Under the pieces are notes generated by a model. It worked only from the letters and a program-made list of their open reading frames with translations, did no database searches and was not told the origin of the DNA. From contig JAHLTZ010000022.1 of assembly GCA_025786725.1 (NCBI GenBank), forward strand, positions 124,001-188,000: a stretch of DNA of 64,000 nucleotides, written 5' to 3'. The stretch's first letter is position 1. The number at the start of each line of letters is the position of its first letter. Position numbers and translations under genes: made by a program. The DNA is from Syncephalis fuscata S228 (Eukaryota > Fungi > Zoopagomycota). Positions 38,773 to 52,332 of this stretch are shown piece after piece.

Positions 38773-39444
38773 TTACTGGTGGGATATTTCAGGTAGCTGG
38801 TCAACTTCGACATAGGCTATAGTTAAGAATTACATTGTATTAAACAATCAACGGATTAATATGTGTTAATGTATAGTTTTTCTATTTCTTTTGTAATACT
38901 TACCGTGATCACGACCAATTTGCCGCGAGAAAGTGCTTCGTAGTGCCTTTCGCCATGATGCAAATACATTTGCGTTTTTGGGATACAGCATGACACCACC
39001 ACGTCTATCAAACATATAGATGACATTACAATTAGCCATTGCCGGCTTGTTTCGGATTGACGACGACGGCGAAGACGATGATGAAACAGGCTTTTTGCAT
39101 CACCGGCCATACGAACACACACGGTTGCTTCTTTTAGGTGAATGGTGGTCATATACGTAAACTGATCCACGCCAAGCTTCGAGGCTAATACAATACGATC
39201 TCCAAGCAGCCATGCCGTGGTTAGTGTATGGTTGTCGAGTTGACCGCTGATATTAGCGTTATCGTAATGACTGGCCGAGAATTGGATAGCTGCCGCTGCT
39301 GCCTGCCGATTGCCGACAGCTGTGCAGGCAAACTCACCCTCTGCCGCCAGTTCTTGATCACGGGATAGGAAGGCTCTTGGCAGACCAACAATGCTTGCCT
39401 GTATAATGGCGAGTCGTTGGATTTCTTGAAGTTTATCGAATCTA

Positions 39445-39489
<45 letters not shown>

Positions 39490-40460
39490 ATTTATCGTTA
39501 GTACTTAAGCTCATACGTAGAATTATATTCGCCACTTACAATGGTGTCATCGCTTGATCCAATTCCTGCAATTGTTCAAGGCAGGAATTAATGGCATGCA
39601 AGTCGCGATCATTGCTGAGCATAACGCAGCGATTCATTAAATTTTCAAGGAAGCTGATGTAGTGCCAGATGCGTTCACGTGGTTTAATAAAAAACTCGGG
39701 TAAAACTATATCTCCCATTCGTTCCTAAGTTGTTTTTAGTTATCGAAATACAGTTTCTTTTAAATAAATTACCTGGAATGTAGGTAGGAATGTAGCATCC
39801 GTGTAGCGAAGCATTTCAAATGTAGCCAATGCACTGATATGTTTATCCATCAGTTCTACATGACCCTGTAGTTCTGGGATCTATTTTATAGAAATTGTAT
39901 TTTAAATAAATATTTTTATCAAAACTAAACGGTCTACTTACGTTCATGTAAAAAATCCATACGACTTGTCTGATTGACAATGCTTTCATATCACTAGGGC
40001 AATAATTAGTATTTTATATTTGGTAAAACACAAGCTAGTATGCTTACAGTGACTTAAGATCTGTTAGAAAATTGTCGTGCGTTCTCATTAAAGCAGGCGT
40101 AGTATAAAATAGGCTGCTGATTAATTGACGCTGCGACGAAGGACGTGCTCGCAAAGCAGGATCTGTTTGGGTTGAAAGATTCCATGGGAGATATCTTTTC
40201 CAAACCGGTTCGGCAATACGATCGTTAATATGCTTAAGTGAGCGAACAAAACTGGCCTCGTTTTCCACTAAATGGTGAATTTGTCCGTAAAGTGACTTAA
40301 GAGAAGATGTGGCGGCTGTTTTACTGTTAGCTTGCGCGTTTTTGTCTACTTTGTACATACAAACACCATCAAATGATGTGGATTCTTTGATAGAACTTGC
40401 GCAGGATCCATCGTCACTTCCGTGACCATCGCTCATGTAGCTCGTTGCTTGTTTGCTCAT
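38773..40460 (-). CDS. Divergent DH-PH (RhoGEF-like) protein 3, multi-exon
   Basis: DH-like segments IHHLVENEASFVRSLKHINDRIAEPV, LFYTTPALMRTHDNFLTDL and FFIKPRERIWHYISFLENL. PH-like AWLLGDRIVL. The final exon ends ...EISHQ* at 38773. Confidence 0.7.
39445..39488. repeat. (ATT)n microsatellite, intronic
   Basis: About 14 perfect ATT units. Confidence 0.9.
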
Positions 40461-43364
40461 GGTGATATTGTAATTGTTAGACGTGACTGCTATGCTAAAA
40501 TGGACGGTTGGTAGTATTCCTAATTTACACAGATACATCAGTAAACTAAAATCGAGTTTTGCAGCAACGTGATTATTACCTAGGTAGTTAATGCTGACCA
40601 GCAACAGTGAGAAAGGGCAGAAATGAATCGAACGACAAAAGAGAAGAGGTGGCTTGCAAATAGCTAAGCCGTGGTCTTAAGTTGGCACATGATGCAGATA
40701 TAAAGAGACATTAAGCACATGGGTATCTGAAACACAGCCTTGTCCCAAGTCTTTCAACACGACCCCGTTCTACTTATCTGGTTTGGTATTGTCTTGTAAA
40801 CAGGTATTGAAGGTCGTAATTTTCTTTCAAAGTAACATTTCATTTTTCTAACATGGTCGCGTCATTAGCCTCAATAAACGAACTCCGCAATTTACATTGT
40901 GTCCGCACCGTGAGCTTTGGTGTTTCATATCTCCGACGCTGGTTCATCTTAATAAGAAACTGGAATTAATGCGGGTACTTGTTGGGTAGTAAATAAGCAG
41001 TCCTTCATTCATTTTAAAGCCGTCTATTGAGATTAAGATATGTAATAGCTATTATAAATTGAACCTTTTTTGATAGTATCAAATGGTTTTAGCTATAAAA
41101 ATGTGTCCCTTCAACGTCAGTTTTACATTTTCTTTACTCCGCCATACTCAATGGTCGTTGAATAGCTGCTAAGCATTGCACTTATTACAAACTGTCTTAT
41201 TTATCTTTATTTTTGTTTTTATTTTTATTTATTTTCTGTTCATTTAACAACATGTTTGTGCAGCAATGCTGAATAAGTATATTTAAGTGCAAACGTATAT
41301 TGCATTAATGGAATACAACGGTTATTCATACATTCTTATTACCTGTAAGGTTAAGCACCCACGACGGTTTTAGCATACATTTGGGGTTAACCAATTGCAG
41401 CTGACACATGACTTGTATTTTATGATAACATAATGGAAGAAGAGGCCAAGGTCTGAATATTTCAAAGTCCTTATACATAACCTATGGGGTGTTTATAGTG
41501 CATTAATAGCACATTATCGGATCATTCAAACGCTAGTGGGGTGCTTAATACCAAATATACCAACTATTTTAAAGTAAAAAAAGAAAACGATAATATTATT
41601 CTAGCATTAAGCATTCAACATGAATTGAGGTGTTCTTCATAGTAATCGCCATAGAAATGTATATTGTGATTGGTAGAATCATAAAAATACCAATGCTGTG
41701 TGTGTAAACTTTATATAAAGATTTTAGTTACTTATAATTCAAGTAATACTAATATAATATAAAACATCTTAAATATTTTTTCAAATGCATTGATTGATAC
41801 ATGTAAATTATCAACGTACGATTATTTAATAATCAAGTGTAAAAGCTTACTATAATCACTTTTGAATTTATAACATAACTCCAAAATGTTACAGTCGAGT
41901 ATTAGCATAATTATGAAGCAAATAATTGATTATCACAGGCTTAATGGTTTTTTTACTATCAATAAACTAATGTTTCGCTTTTAAATTTTAAACCTTAAAA
42001 CCATTGTTTGGTTAAACTAAACCAGTACTTTGATATCAGTTGTTACAAGTATAATATATATATATACGCTTATATAGAAGTTATGCAATACAAATTGTAC
42101 ATGCTATTGCATATATCTGTGAATATAAGTGATCATCATTGTAATCTGCTACACTATTATATTGCTATTTAGTCGTTAACTTCTACTAATTTGATTCTAA
42201 AAAGGCGACGCATCCTAAATATTTTTTGCGCTTTATTAAATGTTATTTATAATACTTTCTGCTTCTTTGTGCTTCATTTCTACTAAGCGTTATTATTTAA
42301 TTGCATTAAACTCCGTTATATCTTTGATAAACAGTTCATTTTGACGTAATTATAGGAATTTGATTTTAGTTTATAAAGCTTTTTATAAAGCTAAGCCGAT
42401 TAACCTTGAAATGCCAATTGTTTTTTATTGGTTTCTGCTTTGGCTTGTTCTTTGCTTAACTTGTCAGAAGTGGTTTCAGAAATGTAAACAGCACTTAGGC
42501 CTTAGATGATTATCGGCTGATGTACAATCCACAGCCACTATGCACTTGAAATTGCTGATATTTGGCTAGAGTTTTCTGTTGTATCTAGTTTAGTGTCTGA
42601 ATATTGTATTGCGTGTAATTTATTTGATGCAATCTAGTTTACAGTAGGAATGATAACGAAAATGACATGTTGGAATGTTCCATTGCTCAAAATGTTGTGA
42701 TACATTATGCTACAAACAGTACTTATTGTATAGTCGATTTCAGGTGATTTGGATTAGCCGCCATTTGAATGATGGTAGTTGCACAACATGTAGCATCATA
42801 TGCCTGAATGTGATGTATTTGTGATTTCAAAGCAGTGATTACCTCATAACAATGGGCATAGTGTCGAATGAAATGCATACATGTACCAATCAATACACTT
42901 TATAATTTAAGAAATTATAATTGGCTTGTGTATGGCAGTAAAACCTGTATAAAATACCATCTGATACATTAAGCTTGTTTTTGCGTCAATATTGTGTGCT
43001 ATTTTGTATGCATGCAGATATTGAAGACCGAGTAATTTGGTGGAAATGACAGCAAGAACATCATTACCGTTTTTACAAAACCAAACAATATATTTGTTTT
43101 CACCAAATAGTTAAATTGTGTAATAAAAAATACAGGGTAATGTAGATGTTTCTATTGCATATGTACTGCTTATTGGAATTGCCTTGTCATTTGTGTAAAT
43201 GTCGAGCAGATTAAATCAAGGCTGGGAAGCATGTTATCGCATTATGAATTTATTGGTACATGTGCGCCTTAAACCATTATTTGGATTGCTTTATTGGTTC
43301 ATATTACACATCAATGATATATCTCGTATACTGCAGCATGCTAGCATCTCAGCATTGCCGTAAG

Positions 43365-43370
43365 TATAAA
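43365..43370 (+). promoter_or_regulatory. Candidate TATA box of microexon gene copy 3
   Basis: TATAAA ~140 bp upstream of the ATG. The equivalent position reads TTTAAA in copy 1 and TACAAA in copy 2. Confidence 0.35.
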
Positions 43371-43509
43371 TAGCCTCCAAAATATACACAAGCAACTGCG
43401 ATATCATCGTCACACTCTACTCTTTGCTAAACACACGCTACTCCCCACTCTATACCAACCACACTCTACTATCTCTTTTATTTGTTTGTCTCAACAAATC
43501 AATATCACC

Positions 43510-46127
43510 ATGAAACTTTCCATTGCCGTTGTTTGCATCATTGTTGTGGCTTTGATAGCCGCTACAACCATGGTGGATGCTAATCCAGTCAGTTCGTCGT
43601 GGTATGTTACAATAACAATAAACATAATAGCATTTGTTTATTAACAATATTTTTAATTAATAATTATAATAGATCGTAAGTTATTGTATGTTAATTAATT
43701 ACCCACTAATTATATATCATGTAACGTGTGCATCAACAAATAAATATCAATAGCTGGTAGGTTGCATTACATATCACACCAATAAAACATATACTAATTA
43801 TGTATCATGTATTGTATCCATCAACAAATCAATATTAGGCAACTGTAAGTTGTATTGTATATTATTGGTTACTCACTAATTACATGCTATGCACCATGTG
43901 TATCAACAACTCAATACTAATAGGCGGTAAGCGATATTGTATATTAGTTGATTATAAATTAATTATATACCATGTATTGTGTATATCACAACTTAATGCC
44001 ATAGAGGGTAAGGTGTATTGCGTATTAATTAATTATGCGCTAATTATATATCATGTGCCGTGTATATCAACAAATCAATACTAATAGCATGTAAGCGCTA
44101 TTATATATTGACTGAGTATTGGCTAATTGTATATTATGTGCTGTGTGTATCAATAACTTGATATTAATAGGCGGTAAGTAGCATTGTATGTGCTGGCTTA
44201 TAAATTAATTGTGTCATGCATTGTGCATCAATAACTGCTGGAATAGTTAGTAAGTAACACTGCATATTCACTGATTATTCACTAATTATATATTATGTAC
44301 TGTGCGTGTATCAACAATTTAATATTAATAGCTAGTAAGCTGTGCTATATATTTATTAATTACTCTCTAATTATATCCATGTACTGTGTGTATTAACAAA
44401 CATTAATAGAATGTAAGTAGCATGGTATATTAATTGACTATACGTTAATAATAATAATTAATTATTGTACCGATTGCTTAATATTAATAGGCAGTAAGTA
44501 ATATTGTATATTAACTGGCTATACATTAACTGTGCTATTTACTGGTTGTACCAATTGTTTGATATTAATAGTAAGTTGTATTGTATATCACTTGGCTATA
44601 CATTAAATATGCTATTTACTAATTGTATCAATTATTTAATCTTAATAGGCGGTAAGTGGTATTGTATATTAACTGATTACTCACTAATTATATACTGTGT
44701 ATTATATGCATTGACTAATTAATATTAATAGGGTGTAGGTTGCATTATATATTAACTGACTAGCACTAATTACATGTTATGCATTATATGCATCAACAAC
44801 CTTATTAATAGGCAGTAAGCTGTGTTGCATATTAACTGACTATTCACTAATTATATAATATGTATTATGTTCATTAATAACTTAATAATACAGGACGTAA
44901 GTTGTATTGTATATTATTTTTATTTCTATTTTTGAAGAGCTTGTGAGCCACGCTGCACATAATTAAATAATTTGCGCTGCTTCCCACTATATTTGGGCTT
45001 TTCCAAACTTTTAACGGGTGGACTGCCACGTTTTTGCGCAAATCTGGTCCATATAGATTTCACACGGGGTCATCTTCTTTTAAATGGTGCTACACAGCAC
45101 TATTCCCTTGAATTTGATCCCAATTGTTTTTTTCCTCGACTACTCTAGCCAAGGTTTTGTTTTTGGACCTACTTATTGGGTTCTGGTTTGCAATTTGTTA
45201 ACTAGAGAAAACTGGAGGGGGGATTTTCCACTTAAGGATTGCTTCAAACTGAGGTTTAAACCCGAAGCCTTCAGCTTGGGAGACGCTGCCTTACCTACTG
45301 GACTAGCAACGTCCCCCCTTGTATTATATATTAGCTGACTATCCAACCAATTATCTGCTATGCATTGTATGCATCAAAATTAATATTAATAGATAGTAAG
45401 TGGTAGTGTATATTAGCTAATTATACATTAACTATACTATTTACTGATGGCATTAATTATTTAATGTTAATAGATGGTAAGTGGTAGTGCATATTAACTG
45501 GCTATACATTAATTATGTTATTTACTAATTGTACTGATTGTTTAATGTTAATAGGTGGTAAGTGGCAGTGCATATTAACTGACTATACATTAACTATACT
45601 ATTTATTGATGGTATTAGTTGTTTAATATTAATAGATAGCAAGTAATAGTGTATATCAATAGAGCATATACTAATTTTATATCATGTACTGTATTTATTA
45701 ACAATCAACATTAGAGTATTGTAAGTGGTATTATATATTAGCTGATTACTCACTAATTGCATGTTGTGCACTATGTGTGGCAATAACCTAATACTAATAG
45801 GCGGTATGAAACATTATGTATTAACTGAATATGCACTAATTATATACCATGTGTTGTGTATATCAAAAACTTAATATAATAGAAAGTAAGTTGTATTATA
45901 TGTTAGCTGACTATACACTAATTATATGTTATACACTGTATTCATCAACAACTTAATACTAATAGACAGTAAGTAATATTCTGTATTAACTAATTACTCA
46001 CTGATTATATCTATGTATTGTGCGCATCAACAATTTAATATTAACAGACGGTAAGTAGCATTATATATTGATGGCTCATATATTAATTATATGACACATA
46101 ATATTTTTATTTGTAAATACAGCATAG
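43510..46127 (+). pseudogene. Microexon peptide gene copy 3, frameshifted mosaic of copies 1 and 2
   Basis: Exon 1 (43510-43601) lacks the TT of GTCTTAGTT, giving ...NPVSSS followed by a TG|A stop at the first junction. 24 microexons remain. The ancestral frame would read DPGNCEACVTKCSGCRHNGDKYCENNA* (5 Cys). One microexon is deleted at 44571 and one donor is GC at 45639. Confidence 0.8.
44917..45318 (-). mobile_element. tRNA-derived SINE, family B, same intron as in copy 2
   Basis: Near-identical to the other two copies. 15-bp TSD TTGTATT(G/A)TATATTA at 44902-44916 and 45319-45333. Confidence 0.85.
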
Positions 46128-47690
46128 TCGATGGTTTCAAGACATCAGCATTGATAGTACAATTGAACCACTATTCCAATACACTTTAGGTATATATTCG
46201 GTGAAAAGCAAGACCATTTGACAACTACGCCGTCCAGCCCACCTATATATCAAGTTTTAGCCAATGCTCCGGTTTATCCAGTCTTTAACCAATAAAATCA
46301 TTATTTTATCAACGAGCTTGCATCTAGTTGTTTCTATTCAACTGTGCAAGCTTATAGTAATAAACTTATGGTTCCATCTTAATTATATACAATCAAATTG
46401 CTATATCTATAATCACGTTCTATTTACATCCAATAATTGACAACTATTAATCAAATAGTTAAATGAACAAAATGTCTATAATCGTATCGTCTAAGCTAAT
46501 AGGCATAGATTGGTATGGACAGTAGCAAAGCTATTATTATCATATAGCCAAATAATAGTATTCTGAAATTAGAATAAAGACGCTTTTCTAATAAAACATG
46601 ACAACAAAGCATAAAATATTATTAAACAAAATAAATAAGCAAATCAAATACATAAATAGTGATAGTGAGACTATACTGTATGCAATTGGCCAAGAGTAAT
46701 GAATGAAATAAATCAAAATCTATTAAAAATACAGCTAGCAGTAAACTTTTAAGTTTTGTTAATATAGTTTTTACAATTTACAATATCAATGATATAGATG
46801 GGCACAAGTATCTGTATACATGATAGATATGTACAGTCCAATAATAACGATAAATAAAAATTTAATAGCCAATGACACTCACCACTCAATTTCATCTTCA
46901 ATAACACGAATATTTAGTTTAAATATGTGGTTATTATAGCTATTTAACCGCCAAATCACATTAAACAACCAATAGCATGCTTAATATTGGCAAAAGGTTA
47001 TTTTTATTTAGTTAATAAAATATCATAAGATTTAATACAAATCAAGTGGCTTAAATGATCCGCCACAATACCCTTTTAAGCTTCTTTCGCCATGTTCCAT
47101 GACTTTTTTAAATTAGAACATTGGAGCGACTACTACACCATTTAAGAATGAATGTTACAGGTAGATTGTTTTAGTTTATCAATGACAAATGCCATATTGA
47201 CGATTTTATTTTGCACATCTTCACTCTTGCTTGATACACCAACCAATTAATTTAAGTTGATCAAAGCAATAATGCTTTCATGTAATTCGGAATTGTTTAA
47301 TTGCTAAATCTAATATCTGAAATGCTCTAAATAAGCCAGTCTAATTTTATTCGTTGGTTAAATTTAAATTTAAAAAATATTTATTAATTAAATAATTTCT
47401 GTTTGCATTACACTTTATTTATTTTGATAGCTATTTTATTAGTAGTTTGTATTTGTTTAATAAAAACGGCTGTTTCAACATTATTAATGCTAATTTTTAC
47501 ATAGCATGCTCTTGTATTGTATTTTTTGAGTTGCATTTGCCACCAATATATTGTTAAAGGTCTTTTAACAAATAAAACACAATAGTTAATGCTGTTGATA
47601 TAGCTACAATTAACTAAATTACATAAATAAACAAAGTTTTAAATTGAATTCGTTGCATTTATTGTAATTAAGTTTTTTTATAATTGTTGC

Positions 47691-48010
47691 AGAAAGATGC
47701 TCAAAACTGCTGAGCGACAAGGACTCTTGGTGATTGTAGATATTGATGAATACAATACATCAAAAGTCAGTTCCAAATGGAAGAAAAGGAGATGGCAGGT
47801 TTACATCTGAAAGAACCCAGCGGCACAATGCATAGCATATTTGTTTGTCAAAACAATGATTCTCGTACGGTATGGCAGCGTGATGTCAATGCCAGCAGAA
47901 ACATGCACAGTATACTCAGTACAATTGCCAGTGGCAAACCAAAGCCTTCTGATTTCTTACCGCCTATTACTACAAAAAATCCAACCGACACTGTTGCATC
48001 AACATCATAA
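47691..48010 (+). pseudogene. Decayed Fanzor/TnpB-family nuclease C-terminal fragment (RuvC-II, zinc finger, RuvC-III)
   Basis: RKMLKTAERQGLLVIVDIDEYNTSKVSSK, then a frameshift near 47777, then EEKEMAGLHLKEPSGTMHSIFVCQNNDSRTVWQRDVNASRNMHSILSTIASGKPKP. This matches the vDEyxTSkxCxxC...CxxxxC...WxRDxNAxxN...GxxRP signature. Zinc-ligand cysteines are mutated (AGT and TCT in place of TGT). Confidence 0.75.
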
Positions 48011-48568
48011 TTAAATCATAATATTTTATTGTAAGTAGCATGAAATAATATTTAACATCATTAACACTAATATTGGAAATTGGAAATTGTGCAGATTAAT
48101 TGATACTGATTGATTCAATCGGAGTTGATGTGGCACTGCTTCAACAAATAGCACTTTTCAGTAGTAAAAGCTGATCGACAATTTACTATTCGAGTTATAG
48201 ATCTTTTTGTCCCCAGTTTGAAGCAAAAGACCCAAAGTGAAATAGCTCTGTTTATTTAATACTCGTTGTCATATTCACTATTGACCCCATATTGGCTGGA
48301 GTAATAAATAAATAAAAAAGTTATAATTAAATTATCATGATCGTCAGGACATTTGAATATAATAATAGGCTATTTAATTTTATTGAAGCAGTGAACCAAA
48401 TGCGCACCTATTATATAACTACTATTGACAGACACATATAAAGAGAGAAAGAGAGAGGGGAAATGAAAATAAATGAGTGCCTATGCGAATAAATCAAGCA
48501 AACGAGTATAAAATAATACAAAATAAATGGGCGAAATAGAAAACAAAAATAATGCGATGATACACAGA

Positions 48569-51500
48569 TTACGAAGGCAAATGCGGTGGCTTTTCCGAAT
48601 GATTAGAAGGGAAACAAAGAATGGGTATTGATGGATGAGGAGAAGGTGGTTGAGATGATAAGGGCACATGACTATGATTAGCAACACTTTTATGTGAAGT
48701 AGATGTTCTCAAAGAGGATGAGGAGGAGGAGGAGGGGAAAGGCAGTGGTAGCGTTAAAGCTGAAGTGGTAGAGGATGTTAACATGGTTGTAGATCGATCT
48801 GTATTGGTACATTCCATAAGGGGCGGCTTCTTTTGTTCACAAAGATCTAACTGTGCCTTAAATTCATTGCGACTAACAACTACCGTATGAGCCACATCAG
48901 AAACGGCACGGGCACGACCTTGCATTCCTTTAGTCGTGGTAGTAACATTTAATAAATTGGTCAAATGCTTAGTCGTATTTCTAAAACTACCATTCTGTCC
49001 ATTATTTATGCTGCTGTTGCCGGTATTACTACTAAGACAAGCGGCAGTCAGTGGCGAATAACGCGGTTCGCCGGGGCCATCACAAACTACTTGTAACTTC
49101 TCACTACCATCGGGTACACGATGGGAGAACACAACACGGATATGTTTGTATAGATAGATACGACCACGGCTGGGCGAACAGACTTGCAATTGAATGGCAT
49201 ATCGTAGAACAGGCCGATTATTACCATTATTGCTTTGACTATTCGTGGTGGTAGTGGTGGTGGCATCGGATGCAGGCTGTGCATAAGACTTTTGTCGTAT
49301 AAATGTTTTAGTGCCAATTGGCATGTCCGAAAAGTCATAAGGTACCAAGAATAGCTTAATCGCCGTTTTGTTAGGATTCTTAATGACCACTTGTAACTGC
49401 CCCGCAGTTGGAATACGATAACCAACCACGCCATGTCGTGTAGCCGTTGACTTCTTTTGTTTTAATACATCAGCCGATGCATGTTCCAAATCGATATTAC
49501 CAACATATGGGGTGGGTGCATCATCATCCTGCATATTGTAGAAGGTGGCCGGGAAGGGCAGATTAATGTGCGGTGGGCACTTTAACGATGATCGACAATT
49601 GCCTCGACCAAGTACACCAATTTGTGCAATAAATTCGATTGGCCGTGATGGCAGTGTTGACATACGTCCACTAAGAATAGATTCCTATAATATATTAATT
49701 AATTTAACTATCAACAATTCTATCTATTCTACTTACCTCATAACTACCAATAAATGATCCAAATAATTCACCTGTTATACTGGCCCGTCGGTTCATAGAA
49801 CGAGACGGATATGGACGGAGTGAATGTGATAGCGATAATGACAATCCATTATTACCTAGTGCATCGAATGAATTACGCAGCGGTGACGGTAACGTAGGCG
49901 ATGTAGGTGTCACCACAGGTGGGCGTATTTGCATTACTGAACGAAAAGAATGCGGCATTAATTTGCCAGATGTCAATTCTTGTGATGATCTACCGGTAAT
50001 AGTGTGGCTAGGCGATGAAATATACCGAGACGATGGCTGATTTAAATCATTAAAATATGGTTTTGGTTCACCTAAACAATCAATAGTCTTTTTATACACA
50101 GAGTGATTATTGCCATCGTCATCATCAGTGTTAATCGTATGATGACGACAATTGTTGTCACCATCGTTATTTGTTTTTGTATGGTTATTAATAACAGTAT
50201 TCTCATCTGGTAGTGATGGTAACAGTGGGGGTAAAGATGGTCCAGTTGATAAAATACCCTGGCTATTATTGTCTCGATCACGCAACATACGCGTTAGACC
50301 AGAAAGTGATCGTGTTAATGGCGCTGAACTGGATACGATCGATGGCAATAGATTATTTGACAGTGGTGTTTTTTCTACCAATGATGTTGAATTATCCTTT
50401 TCTGCTGTCACTTTAACCGTGTTGGATTTTGTTGATATCTCATTACCAGAAGTATTATATTCCACAGTGTCTCGTCTGTTGCCGACTGCGTAAATGATAG
50501 TCGAGAACGGGCTAGTTGTGGTCGTTGGACACGAGCCAGCTTTAATCGAGCCAATCTTTCCAACTGCACAGCTATATCTGCATTAGGTGGGGTGTTCCTG
50601 GTCGGGGTGGTGAATTAGCGCGCATCTTTGTCATGATGGTCTAATTTCCCTTGGTTGACTATTAGACCAAGATGTATGTTGCTGATTTACAGATATCGAT
50701 GGTGTAGATGCAGATGGTGGTGTTGGTAAACTTGGTGAGTTTGATAAACGGTTATAATCATGTCTTGAGGCACCTTTAGGCAGTGTTTTATGGCGATTGA
50801 CATCACGTAGTCCACCTACACTCGGATCATAGAGTAGACTAACTTTAAGGGCGCCTCGGAGTGCGACTGCTGGACGGAATGGATAGACAGTCAATTCCGA
50901 ATTGGATACTACCCATCGTGGATGTAATGTATTATTCAACTCCTCATAATCATCATCATCATCCGTTAAGGCTTCCTCCATGCCTAGTAATCTAATTGCA
51001 CAGCCTAGATCATTTTTGGCCAATATGGCATCATGTAGTGCTGATTGAACCGGTAATAGGCGCACTTGCGAGAAAAGCGATTGTGCTAACAAAATAAATT
51101 CTGTTTCATCCGTTTCACTAGATGTATTTTGTTTATTTGAATGGTGATGAGTGACACTGTAGATATTATAATATTATAATTCATTAGTACAATTATAGAT
51201 TATATTTGATCTGCCCTTTAGTTGTAATTATATATTATTAATCATAATAACATCAATCCATTCAATTGTTCCACGTTCTCTTCTCTTTCTTTCCGTTTTG
51301 TGTTATAACTCACCTTGGTGTATATTGAATAGTCCAACGCTCTAATAATGCTTGGTCACATCGACGATATACATCAAGTTCAAAAACTCGATCTTTACTT
51401 GTTATACTATCAGCTGTAGCCTTTTCCTTTATGCTTGAAATACTATCCTGTTGAAGGCAGTCGGGTATAGAGCGATGGCTGTTGTCAAGATGGCCGTGAT

Positions 51501-52332
51501 ATGCATCACCGTGTATTATAGGCAACGATAACGATGGTTTTTGCTGTTGTTTCTGTTCATATAGCTCAGATCGTTGCCGAGCAGCACGTAATTCACGTAC
51601 ACGCTGTCGTAGTAAGCGCTGTAGTCCTTTGGCTGTTCGATCTTCGCATTCAGTCCAATCCTGTTGACCTACTCCCGTCTTTAAATGGCATGTATTGGCA
51701 CGAGCGCGCGTAACCACTTGCATCATCTTGGCAACATACTCCATGGCTTCCCTGTACCCACCGTCTACGTGTACAGCAACCAGCCGGCCAACCAACCAAC
51801 AAACAGAATCGTCAGTACACTGTATTCAAATGTGCACGTATTTGTGTGCGCGTATTTCAAATAATCTGGTGAGAAACAGGAGAAAAGGAGAGAAGGAGAA
51901 AGAAGTTTAGACGAATCTAGAACGTGTAGGGATAGTATTATTTGTTCCAAAATTTTATGACTGTAATACTAGTAATACAGAAAGAATATGATGGTATAAA
52001 ATGAGTGCTAACACGAGTTGTATAGTAGTAAGTGTCAATAAAACAATTGCTTGGGTAAAATACAAGAGAAAAAAAGGAAATGAAGGTGACCACTCACTAG
52101 CTGTCAATAATAATAATAATAGCAACAAAATAATAGATAGATAGAAATACGTAACTGCAAGATTATCTATCATGTGACACACGTACACGCACAGAATGGC
52201 TAGCATTCTTTAATCATAGTATACTAACTATGATATACTAATATAACTAATTGACTTACCTGTAAAAACAATAGATGGTGTAATAATCGGCATAAGGGGC
52301 GAAAGAGATGGTGGATGAGCAGGCGCAGGCAT
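48569..52332 (-). CDS. Atos/FAM214-family protein (DUF4210 + C-terminal chromosome-segregation domain); 5' structure uncertain
   Basis: FGSFIGSYE|ESILSGRMSTLPSRPIEFIAQIGVLG...KCPPHINLPFPATFY, PTPYVGNIDL, GYRIPTAGQLQVVIKNPNKTAIKLFLVPYDFSDMPIGTKTFIRQK, LRYAIQL and RIYLYKHIRVVF. Upstream ORFs 50631-51092 and 51310-51795 and a candidate first exon 52332-52260 are not fully joined. Confidence 0.78.

Larger units (their letters stand above)
42412..46472 (+). repeat. Duplicated cassette, copy 3
   Basis: Matches copy 1 from ~971 to ~6313 and also matches copy 2. It carries a single ~236-bp upstream unit. Boundaries are approximate. Confidence 0.85.
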
